Shown: one piece after another, positions 36,201 through 48,200 of the stretch
Numbering within the stretch: position 1 is the stretch's first letter
Layout of the letters: each line of letters opens with the position of its first letter
Translations under genes and position numbers: made by a program
Origin: Botryllus schlosseri
Taxonomy: Eukaryota
Length of the DNA: 64,000 nt
Reading direction: 5' to 3'
NCBI GenBank assembly: GCA_051294905.1
Contig: CM119382.1
Span: 11,904,001-11,968,000 of the forward strand
The notes under the pieces: model-generated
The model's input: only the letters and a program-made list of their open reading frames with translations
The model's database searches: none
What the model was told of the DNA's origin: nothing

Positions 36201-39200
36201 CGAAACTGCTCCAGGGTGAAGTTGAGCGGGAACACGCCTCTCAGGCGTGCGCAGCCGCACGACGCGAGGAACGCGTGCAGTTCGTCCGACAAGAGAATGC
36301 TGTGAAAGGTGGAAGAGAGTCAATACACTCCAAACCAATATCGTGCAACAGGTTTCCACTCTGCCGAAAGGTGTAAATATAGTCATGAGCACGCTACGGT
36401 AGAAAATTTTGCTTTCACACCAAGTTTTACTGGACATTATCCCACCCCACAGCACATTTTTTTGTTTAATTGAACAATTTTAGCGCTTATCGCCCATTTA
36501 GGTCATTCGCGCCATGATAATGAATGATTTATGTTGATAGGTCTCTTTGATTTTTGGTATGCTTTTCGTAAGTCTCCGCAATCCGCACTCATGCACTATT
36601 GCCTGTGTCTTTGCTTGCCAATTTGAATTTCGGCTCACTAGATCCGTCTGGTAGCACAGGTAGACGGAACGTACAATCAGTATCAGATATTAATATTTTC
36701 ATCATTTCAAAAACACCACAAAACTGCGATGCAATGAAAAGATAGGAAGGTGTCGAAACGACTTGGAGTAGTCTTTGAAATCAGACACCCAACTTGGCCT
36801 AGGCGAGGTAGAGAAGAGGCATGCACAGTTGCATACTGAATGAAAAGTATACCGGATAATATAAAAGGCTAGCGATAAAATGAGGTGGCATGTGGCGGAA
36901 GGCGAGATCGATAAGTCAGGTTGTGGTCCACAAAGGATATATCTTGGTAAATATTTGGTGTATTTGACTCGTTTTTACCCATAGGAATGGGTGTGGATGC
37001 AACATTTGGTGCGAGAAAGAGCTGATTGCCTGATTTAAATTTAGAAGGTCAACGGCTATATATCTAAAAGTTCGTCGGCTCCAAGCCACACGGCTTCAAC
37101 GGAGAGAATGGATTGGACGCCGACGCTACACGATTCTCCACTGCCATCTAACGGATATGCCAGCGCGGACGGTTCCATACTATTACCGAGAATGCTATTA
37201 CCGAGATGGACATTACCGAGAATGCTATTACCGAGAATGGACATTACCGAGAACGGACATTACCGAGAACGGACATTACCGAGATGGGACATTACCGAGA
37301 ATGGCCAGTGCCAAGAATCTAGCTTACTGGGACGGACGTTGTCGAGAAATTTATACCTGAGCATCGATACCGAATGTGGCAACGCCGTGATGCACATACA
37401 CGACCTGTTCATATGCATAACATGCCTGCATTGCATATCTTGCATTCTCGGTGTTGTCCATTCTCGGTATTGTCCATTCTCGGTAATGTCCATTCTCGGT
37501 ATTAACCGGACACGCGCGCGGACGGGCCGAATTCAATGGGCTCGCTTCAAAACAATGGAGATGAACGCAAAGGTAGGACGGGTGGTCGAGATTCACGTCG
37601 AAAAAGTCGCGCATTTGCTAATGCTCATCATACCAGATTGTCATGCATTGTTGAGTATACACCAGACATCAAATCACGGTTAAAAGCCAGCGCACGGCGA
37701 TTCAATCCACAAAACGCTTCACACAATATCCGAAGTTCGGAGGAAGTTCCCTCAACATATCGGCACGGGCTTCCATCAGCACAACATCAAAACTTAATTA
37801 CATGTATTCGACATGGGAGTACCGTTTCATCACGAATATAAATCGAGGCCCGATACCGCAATAGCGTTTCCCGGCATGCCAAGGTGTGTGTTTCGGAAAA
37901 AATTAGGTCGAACCGATACGTGAATTGATTCGAACAGGTGTGAAATCACGAAATTCGCCTGTTTTTTCCTATGGACACCGTGGTTAATAGTGAACTAATT
38001 AATATATGTGAAACCACCATCTAGTTATGACTCAATTAGCCGTTTCGTTATGAACGAGCGTTTCTCCTCAACAAGGCAGGTATATAACACGAGGTTTTAT
38101 AAAATGCAGGTGTCTCCCAAATCTTCAACAGATATTGCGACTTGAATTCGTTTGGGCAGAATTCACTTCTCCATCCTACGAGTACTGTTAATTAAACACA
38201 TATAAGGCGAGTAGAGACCAACCCGCAATATGCCTGCCAGACCAGCACCCCTATACCAGGGTACTTATCATCCCGAATCGTGGAAAACATCTGACAGGCA
38301 TAGTATGTATTCAAGCGGTGGTAGGCCGTGATTTGTTACGTCACACCCACATCGAAAGCGTTGTCTATAATCTTCAGATTTCGGGCCTCGCAATGTTCGT
38401 GGGCCAGAAATTGGCAATAACCTAAGTTTCACGCGGAGTGAATTGGCCAGACGAGTGGTTCATACGATTCTGAGCAATTGCTCAACGGAAAGAACTACTG
38501 GTCGAGTATTACGTATTGGTCGGCAATGTGAAAAATGAAAATAAACGTGACACGATCACGCCATTAAACTAGAAGCGTAACAAAACGTTCTTAACTACAC
38601 ATTGTTTACGCCCACACGTCATCAACACACAACTTCACATCTGTCATGCAAGGGTGTCAAACCGGCTTCCGTGGTGGCGAAACCGTACCACTGGTCAACA
38701 GTATATCTCTAACAGAGGTAAGATAGGGTGATTGTAGAAGTGTTTTTGGCCCCGATTCGGAACATACACGTATGTTTTTCTAGCACATCAATTTTTCGTG
38801 ATATTAGTGCTGTAAAATTCAAATATTATGCTATTATCATAATTATAGGAAGATTGCGCGGTGCGATGTTATCTAATGATGGCTTAGTTCATGAAGCGTT
38901 CCACCCGTACATTTTTGCAAAATAAGTTATCGATTAAGCAGTTAATTCAAAATGTAGATAAGGCTGAAGTGCTGAGTGTGTATGTCGTATTAACGAACGA
39001 GTAACCAATACAGCAAAGTCGCGACAAATAGGGTATTGTGTAAGTGTCACCAGGTCGATACGACCACCTAGGCTTAACACTTACGATATAAGGCAACACA
39101 TAATTTCCACCACACGCTGGAATCTCAGCTGTAATGCAACAAGGACTCCGTGCGTTTGTAGAATACCTCACACGTTGGTAGAAAGCCGCAAATGCCTCGA

Positions 39201-42200
39201 ATCGTGGCAATCGACAAAATTACACGTGACACGACCACAAAATTTCATGCATGACAATACGTGTGTTCCTAACGCACAAACCAGCACATTTTAACACGCG
39301 GTAATCTCAATTGTGATATCACGACGACCTAGTATGTTGGTGCTTGCTACACCACCTCAAGTGCCGGTGCAACGCCTCAGATACCCCGAATCGTAGGACG
39401 AGCACGGACACGACCAGTCGACCACAGAACTACACTCATGACGTACACAGCGTGCGTTTCGAACGTCGAAAACACACAATCCTCTCACCTGTGATGCAGC
39501 GGGCTGATGTCTGAAGACCTCCTGTGCTGGTGATACGGGCTCGTGAAGTGGTCGTGAAAGCGCGACACGGGGCTGAAGGACTTCGGCGACGAGCTCCGGC
39601 GCTTGCCGTGCAGGAACATCTCGTGGGCCAGCGGGAACGGGTCCGAGACCCGGGGCTTGCTTCGTCTCGGTCGGAATTGGCTGTTTCGGGAAAAGATCGG
39701 GCTTTGCTCGGAGCCGTTGGCGCTGAGAATAGGATGCAAAGCTTCAGTACAAGTAGAAGTACATGTCTACAAGTAAAAGGTAGGAAGTAAGTTTTCACAA
39801 AGCAATAGTCAGGAAGTAAATAAAGATTAGGTCTTCTAGGCCCATTTTTGTCTCAAAAATTTGAGAAACAGAAGGAGAAGTCCTTATATTATCGTAGGTC
39901 CCGGTAGAAGTACTTAGTTGATGATCCTCTGTGGCCAAATCCCGTTCCGGATTACAACTGCTAATCCGAATCGCTAATCCGTTCATTTTTCGAATCAAGC
40001 CCAAACCTTTGCCCAACGACTCTATGATCATTTGTCACCCCGCAGAGCAATAAACAACACTGCGGTCGAGTTAAAACAAAATCATGATGATGACAGCATA
40101 ATAGCAGAACGAGCGGTCTGTTTCATTATTAAACGCCTTCAGAATGTAATTGTAATTACGGATGAATTACTGATATTTCGCAAGTGTTTACAGACGGCGA
40201 TGTACATTCGATGAACTTTGAACAAAAACATTGTGACAAAGTGGACACACAGCGGCGGCAACTTTTTTACCATTTTTATTTCCGGCTACGTTCGTGTGCC
40301 AAAGTGTACTTCGCTGTATATATTTGGAAGATTAAGTTATAAAGCGACATAAACTTGATGTAGATATTAGTGCGGGGCATGGACCGGAGCCGGATCGGAT
40401 ATCCGGCCGGATTTTTTCAATTTTGGTCGGACCGGATCGGAGCCGGATCAGTATTTTTTCTGATACGGCCGGAGCCGGATCAGTATATTTTTGATCCGGC
40501 CACAGCATGACTATAGTAACTTCCGACCACAGTGAGAAAATAACCGAGCCATATTTGTAAAATCACTGAGCCATGACCCAAATTTATGGAAACTCATTCA
40601 ATCGCAGCATTTATTATATGACTAAGCTTTTATTACCTCCAACATCCTTGTTTACATTGTTTGTGGTCGATGCGGGGTCTCCTTAGCGTGCAGTGAGATG
40701 GCTAGTAATCCTAGTATTATAAGATCATCGAAAATAGCAAAAGCTCTGTATGAAGAAGGGAAACTAAACGCGTTGATGTGAAGGGAAATAAAAGTGAGGT
40801 GTGGAAGAGTTTTGCCTTGCTAACTGGCCCTGGCACCAGTGAGGACGGCGGTGACTACTCATGATTTGTTCTCTGTCGGCATTGTGGTTTGATACTCAAG
40901 CATGACAGAAAGAACAGTGGCACAACACATTTAGCCACTCATATCAAAACCAGATGCAGTGTATCGAAAGTCATACCATCAGCGGGCCAACGTTCAATGT
41001 CATCCTTTCTGACAAAAAAAAATCTGCTCCGCTTCCGACTAAGGCCAAGGTACAATTGCTCAAAGCAGTCACACCATCCATTGTAAGGATTTGAGACCAT
41101 TCCCATCGTTAAAGGTGATGGTTTTGTCGAACTTGCTCAAACATGTACGGATATAGGGTCGGTGTATGGTCGAATGAATGCAGAAGAAATACCCATCCAG
41201 ACATACCGTTAAAAGGGAAGTTCTAAGCCGTGCTTCACTGGAGAAGGAAAAAATTTCTATCATTGTGAAAGCGACTATTGGCGAATATGGGATGATTGGG
41301 CTCACCACGGATATGTGGACTGATGTCAAAAGCAGACATTACATGTCACTGACAGCCCATTACATTCGCGAGGATAAGTTGCGCTCTGTAGCAATATCTG
41401 CAACAAAGTTTGAGGAGCAGAAATTAGGTGTAAATCTGCTAAATAAAATACATGAATGTTGCACTGAGATTGGACTATCTAGCTCTATGCTAGACTGCTG
41501 TTATTTTGTAACGGATGACGCAAGCAATATAAGATCTGCACTGACAGCACATCAGAGACTGACATGTGCTTGCCACATGTTGTCGACTGTCCTGCACCAC
41601 ACGTTACAGCCCTCGATGTCCGACATTGTCCGTGCATATTCACTGCCCTATAGTTGTGTCTGATACTGACATCATCATCATCATCATCATTGGTTTACTA
41701 GCAATTTTATCAGTTCAATACACCACAAAAATGCGATACAATGAAAAGAAAGGAAGATGTCGAAGCGACTTGGAGTTGTCTATGGAATCAGACACCCACC
41801 TTGGCCTAGGCGATGTAAAGAGAAGGCATGCACACTGAATGAAAGTAAAGAAGATAGTATAGAAAAAGTTTCTGATACAATATCTCGTTGCAAGTCTTTG
41901 ACCGCGTATAGTCTACCTTGTCATTTTTAATTCGATGCCAGCCTGTGAGTGTAGTTTTCATATCCCATATAAACCTGTGAGTTTTTGTTTCAATATAACC
42001 TGAACCCATTGCCTATGATCTACTGCATTTGTAGTTAACTGGAAATAGCTAGTCGTACATGAATATTATCGGACTTTTTTGGATCGGATATCGCTCATTT
42101 CAAGTATCCGGCCTCGGAGTCGGAGTGGAGTCGGACCAGAGAATTGTGGAACAGGATCGGAGTCGGACCAAAGAATTTGTCGATCCGCCCCGCACTAGTA

Positions 42201-45200
42201 GATATGATATGTCTCATCAAAGTTGAGCGAAAGTCATTCTTCAATATGATATATGATACGCAACTGACGATGCAAATATTATCGCCTATTTCCCTTGGGA
42301 GCGACGAGATACAAGAACATCGCTAAACTGACTTCCGCAGATGCAATCGATCATTGCACGACTTGATGCCTATTGTCATAGCTACGTATTTCAAACAGGA
42401 AGATGCAAAAGGCTTTTCGCGGATTATTACATGTCTGTATCAGCACTCAACAGCGATTTAGAAATATTAACAAGTGCAATTAACCAGGACATCTCCAATA
42501 AGATGAAGCGGTTATCGGGCTTGATGTGCTCAGCGCCAGCGGAAAATCGGCGTCGAATATTATCCGAGCGTTATAATATGCTTTCTCTAAAATTGCTGAA
42601 ATTTGTCACGGCAATTCAAATGCATTTATAAGTATGTATGGCACGATTTTTACTATTTTGAGAAAATCCACAAAACACAGCTGACGGAACGTGTACAGTA
42701 CATGACATTAAGGCCTACTTTAATATTATGCCTAGTGCTAAAACAGCGACTTCATTAGCGCCGAACAAAACATCCCGGGTGTGCCTGCCTATACATTTGT
42801 ACAATGTACAATGTACATGAACAATGTACTGTACATTATACAATGTACGTATTTTAATACGGTTTATAAGTAGTACCTTAACACTATATTTTTCGGCTTT
42901 GAAAATGACGACAGCCGCATTTGTCAATGCCGTTAACCGTAACGACGTCATTACGTAACTTTGCCAAAACACAACATAATATGCGAAGCAGATGCAAGAC
43001 GCACATGGCCAATAGAGCGTTAGATTCATAAATTTCACAATTACGCGTCTAGTCTCAACACAGTTGATTGACATCCGGATATGAACTCGCTGATTGAAGC
43101 AAAACACGCGGGTCCAATTCCACGCATAACGTAACGGCATATTTATAGGTCCAGTTCGCTATACACAATTGTTTGGTGTCAACGGCTGGTAGTTGCACTC
43201 GAACCGGGTGCACCAATCAGTGAGGGATTGGGTGTCACAGTGGAGCGAGGTAGCCATTAATAATGAATATTTTGCACACCAATATGCGCGTATGTAAACG
43301 TAGCATGGCGGGACGCAAATGCGTCGCATGCTGACTTAACACAAAATTGATGTCAATTGAAATCTAACATCACGCGCACCTCCAAATATTCCTATACCAC
43401 ACAGGTGAGTTTGATACATCTGCCAATATTCCGATTTATGTTAACAACAGTAATCAGTGATTGTTGTTGTTTGTGCTATTCATGGTGTATGTCGACTACA
43501 ATGGTCATTTTACACCCAGCCGATTTTCTATATTTTGATTCAGGAGCTGCCGACTTGTAGCACGGCCCACTTCTACGCTTTTGTAGGCACATCTTGCGCG
43601 GACGAGATGGCGAGGAGGAGCCTAGATAAACCTCCAAGACTTAGGCAGGAATTCTGGAGTCGACCTCGGTCGGACTCGAACTCGCAACCCATTGGTGTTG
43701 TAGCTGCGGAGTGTGGATTATACCACTACGCTATCTCGCCACAGTAACCAGAGGTTTCCAATGTGCCATCGTTGGTATTCAAGTATGGAAGTAGCATCGT
43801 AAATTTATACTTGGTATAACTCGAAGTGTATATCGTCTTTGTGGCCTCCAGTGACCACATAACCAATGATGCTTTGCCGACATGGTTGACTTGCACAATT
43901 GCTCAAGGTATTCATCGTTGGTACTCGAGTATAAGTAACGACCTAAATCTCACCAGGAGCATAAGTAGAAGTCTAGTAGTGATTTCCAACTCAGTTAAAA
44001 GTAAGTATTCCAGTACTAGTGATGCCTAAAAACTGTAAACTTGAGTAAGTAAGACTAATAACAGAGGGTAAAAGCTACTTGAGCATTCCTAAAGGCAGAA
44101 GCACTTCGTTACTGTCAACCTAGGAAATGATCAGAGCATTCGCTGGTAAACTTGGTCCTTGATAATCGCCAGCGCACATCAGGGTTGTAATGACTCGAGA
44201 CTAGGACGGCCAAGACAGACATGCATTGCAACTTCGAAGAAAAGTAAAGTCGCCATATCATTGGTATTTCGTCTATCAGTCCCGATACTCGGAAAATAGG
44301 GTCAGAAACTGTTAGGACTGAGTAAAATTGCAACAGAGTACAATTGCGAGTAGAGTTGGAAAAAGTGGGTTGAACCGTAAACTGTTAACACAATGACTTG
44401 GACTCGACCCTCTACTCACTGACTTGGACTCGGACTTGACTCGATGACGAATTGAAAATGACTTGACTTGACTCGAGTCAAAACTATAAAAGTGAGATTG
44501 AGTTGCGACTCGGAACCTTGTGACTTGGTTACAACCGTGGCGCACATACTCTCGCATGCAGCAACAGCAGAGGTGGCCAGTAAAGTACTTCTACTTTTTC
44601 GAAGTACTCAAGCAGCTTTCGCCTGCTTGCAGTACTTTCTCACTTCTGTATGATGTTAGAATAATTCTACTTTACTTCACGGTTTTCAGTTTTTTTAGGC
44701 AATACGGTGCCACGGACACTAACTTTTACACTTGGGAATCACTAATTCTAATTGCACTCAAGTAGAAATTTAGGTAGTTACTTTTGCGACTACTTGAATA
44801 CCTTTTTTGACCATCACTAATCAGCAGTCAAATAGTCAACAACAAGAACTATCTCGCATACCTCTGAAACAAGGTGCCGTTGAAGTCCGATTGCGGCGAA
44901 TATTCGAAGCTGCTGTGCCTCGCCCGCGGGTCGCGTGACCCCGGGTTGAGTCTACTCTGCTGCGGGGCCGATCCGCTCGCGGGCCCCGACGCTAGCTGCT
45001 GCTGCCGGTACATATGAAACGAAGCGATGGAGCGAGACAGATCAGGGCTGCTAGTAACTCGGCCTGAAAAAACATTCGAGGCTGGTAAATTGCACCGTCA
45101 TCACTAGCCAGAAGCCGTCGAAGGCATTTCACGCGGCAACGTGGCGACGCAATCGATTTCTGGCTAATTGTCATCAATAATAATGAGGTTTTCAAAAACA

Positions 45201-48200
45201 AATACAAGACAGACCACAGCAACGCACGATACCTACAATTGTACCTTCTCAAGTCTCGGCCCGGTCCATTAAGACCTCGTAACAATCAGCGCATATTCTA
45301 ATCTGATCTGCTGAAGTGTCCTCATGACTTAAAATTGTCTTAAGGGCACACGCTTCAAGTACTGTTGGAATGCAGCGAGTTCGCGACAAACCTGTCGCCT
45401 AATCTTTGCAAAGCCAGCAAAACGCAACGAACTCGCAGCCTCCAAGAAATGACGACGGTAGCAAAATCAATGTGACGTCACAGTGAAACCGACGCGCTAA
45501 TGAACCAGCGTGAAACGGAACTTGCGCTATGAGTTTGCGAATGGCTAATCGGCAGTAGATTGCGTCTTATTACTTCCGATGAATTTTCATAAACGATAAG
45601 CGTACGCCAATTCAAATTGCTTTTCGCAGTTGAGGACACACGGAATCATACAGCTACGCTTATGCATATTCGTTAACCTTGTCTACGACACCAGCATGAC
45701 ATCGGCAACCTCATTTCAACTGCAAGCACAATTTGAATAGCGATGTAAATACTACTATTGGTGACCAAAGTCAGATTGCATGAATTTGCTCACGGAAACA
45801 TCACGCCGACTTCCATGATCACAATCCGTGACTTAGCAATCCGGAAGAACGGACGGCATCGTATCAGTAATAATGAATGACTGCTATGTTTTGGTTATAG
45901 GCTACTATTCTGTGAATTACGTCATGACATCAACTGAATGGTGACATACAGATGGCAGAGATGAGCAATTGAGCATGGATTAGGATTTGGATTTGGAAAA
46001 ACCGGATTTGTGAAATTTTGTCGGATTTGGATTTTAGATTTTTTGTAATGGATTAGGATTAGAATTGGATTTACCGATTTTCAGAAAGATTGATGTCCTG
46101 TGGCGAATGGCGACGAGGTTTTTCGTCCTACCAAAGTTACTGCACGTACTTCGGCACTCACGTGTTTTATTTATTTTCACATACTTATAGGCATAAGATG
46201 TGGGCTTTTTTCGAGGAATTCCAACTTGATATCGGATTAGGAATTAGGATAGGAATATACAAACTTTATGGATTAGGACTTGGATTAGGATTTGAAACTT
46301 CGGATTTGGATTGGATTAGGACATAGAAATTTCAAATCCGCTATCTCTGACAGAAGGGCATTAAATCTGATGTGGTAGCAAGCAAAGTAATTTCCTCTGC
46401 TTTCAATAGTTTCCGCGCGGTCGGTTTTAACTACTTCTAGTTCTATCCTACTCCACACGTCAGTGGTTCGTCAATATTTTGGGACGAGCCCTTTTTACCA
46501 TTGTAAAAGTCCTGGTCGCCTGTCCTGCTCCATTTCTATAATTCCACGTTAGCTAGCATCAATAGCGATTAAATACCAACCAGAACTTATCCGAGACGCG
46601 CGCTCCTAATCTAATGCTTGGCTTATAAAATTTCAAACCACTCACTCGTATATATAATATATATATTGGGTTAAATAACTGACCCTTCCAATACGAATCA
46701 ACGACATCAAATCTGTGTTAGTATAAGTACCAATTAGTGGTAGTCCGGGTGCGACAACAATCTTCGGGTTTATGCCTGTTTCAGCCCTACACGCACATAG
46801 CGCGATCCACCTCTTGAGTTGAATAAAATGACAATAGATTCACAAGACAATATTACGGCCAGCGGTTCTCAATTTTTTTGGGTTTGCGGGCCGGTGAACC
46901 TTCAAAAATCAAATTTAACCCAAAATGCAATTACGACAAATGCATGCAGCTCGAGAGCAAAGACTGGAAACTTCAATTTAACGAGAAATGTACCGCTGCA
47001 GTTTTGATATCGCGTGTGTTATACGTGATTCTATTGAAGTTTCTGCGACGCTAAGTCTTGTTGAAACAGCTAACTTGATTTTCACTGTTCCGGTTCTTTT
47101 GAAAGAACCGCGACTTTGCTGTTTGCTAGCTTCTATTATACTGCCTACTGTCGGAACATCGTCAATTTTGTTCTAAATCTCTTCTTAACTTTGATTTGAA
47201 ACTGGTTTTTAAATGAGTTCTAGCCTACCTTTAAACAGTTTCGTGCAGCACTTGCAGAATCGCGACGTATTCTTAGTCCTAAGTAGAATATTATCTCTAT
47301 ATTCCAACAACATGCAGAAAAAACTTTCCAAATTTTGTTTCGCTAATGAGCAAGAGTCCCACTTCTTACATTGTGGAAATGAATTATAAAACCCTAAAAT
47401 ATTTGGCGGGACGGCAGGAAACTCGACAACCACTGACAAAGACCAACAGCAGTAAGAGTAACCCCTCGGGCCAAAATCGGTCTTGAAGTACTCTCAAAAA
47501 AAGCGGAACATTGCCTGATGAACTGGGGAATTTGCAAGCGGCATTATACTTATACCAAGCAAAGTGTTCGATAAGTCTTACGGCCTAATTTAGTTCCATA
47601 TCGCCAGACCGCGGCCCGGAGACACACCTTTCAAGTTTTAAAGCCTCTGGGACTTATGACCTAAAAACGAAACGTCGTCTGACCAATTCGGGCGTTCGCC
47701 TGCGGCATCCTACCTATACCTTATTGAAGTGTTCGCTAAGTTCTACGACCGAATTTACTTGACTAACGGCAAATCGCGGACGGAAATACACCTTCAAACG
47801 TTCTACTACAAAGCAAACTGACCAGGTCGCAGAAGAAAAAGAAAACCGCACCCGCGTACCTTATGGAGACGGCCCGCGCGCCTCCAATCTGGTTCGGAAA
47901 TCAAACACATGAAATCCCGCCAGGATCAATCCCCGCCAATGACAACGCGGAATCCGACCCACCGCCGTGTTTTAGATTTTAAGGCCATGAATAATTGATG
48001 CCCATTGGCCACGCTTGCAAGCAAAACTTGCCTGTAACATTCGAAGAGCTGGTAACGATAACGACCGTTGCCATTATTCAAAATTGTTCCCGAAAACGTT
48101 CTTGAATTCCCAAGAGCATCGCGTGGAATCCGCTTGTCGGCAGACACCGATATGTTTGTAATGACGTAGCCACCCCCAGTGTAACTAAAGTTTGGTAAGA

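Larger units (their letters stand above)
40368..42197 (+). mobile_element. hAT transposon (Hermes/hobo-like), internally deleted
   Basis: TIRs TAGTGCGGGGC / GCCCCGCACTA; perfect 8-bp TSD GTAGATAT (40360-40367, 42198-42205); CCGGA/TCGGA subterminal repeats. Confidence 0.9.

Noticed and set aside
36093-36455. 120-aa minus-strand ORF as listed in the track
   Set aside because: Wrong frame; the spliced exon 5 frame gives the SAM-like peptide.
37180-37500. Short repeat array as a CRISPR; also considered for 31.2-32.3 kb
   Set aside because: No unique spacers, no cas genes, eukaryotic context.
37108-37683. 191-aa ORF and overlapping ORFs
   Set aside because: Produced by the 15-16 bp repeats of the MITE.
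39436-39798. 120-aa minus-strand and 88-aa plus-strand ORFs
   Set aside because: Alternative frames of exon 4; only the 39489-39722 frame has GC3 bias and matching phases.
43665-43740. Functional tRNA gene
   Set aside because: A and B boxes are present but there is no acceptor-stem pairing, and it continues into a repeated SINE body.
44992-45285. 97-aa minus-strand ORF
   Set aside because: Wrong frame; exon 3 is read in the phase-1 frame.
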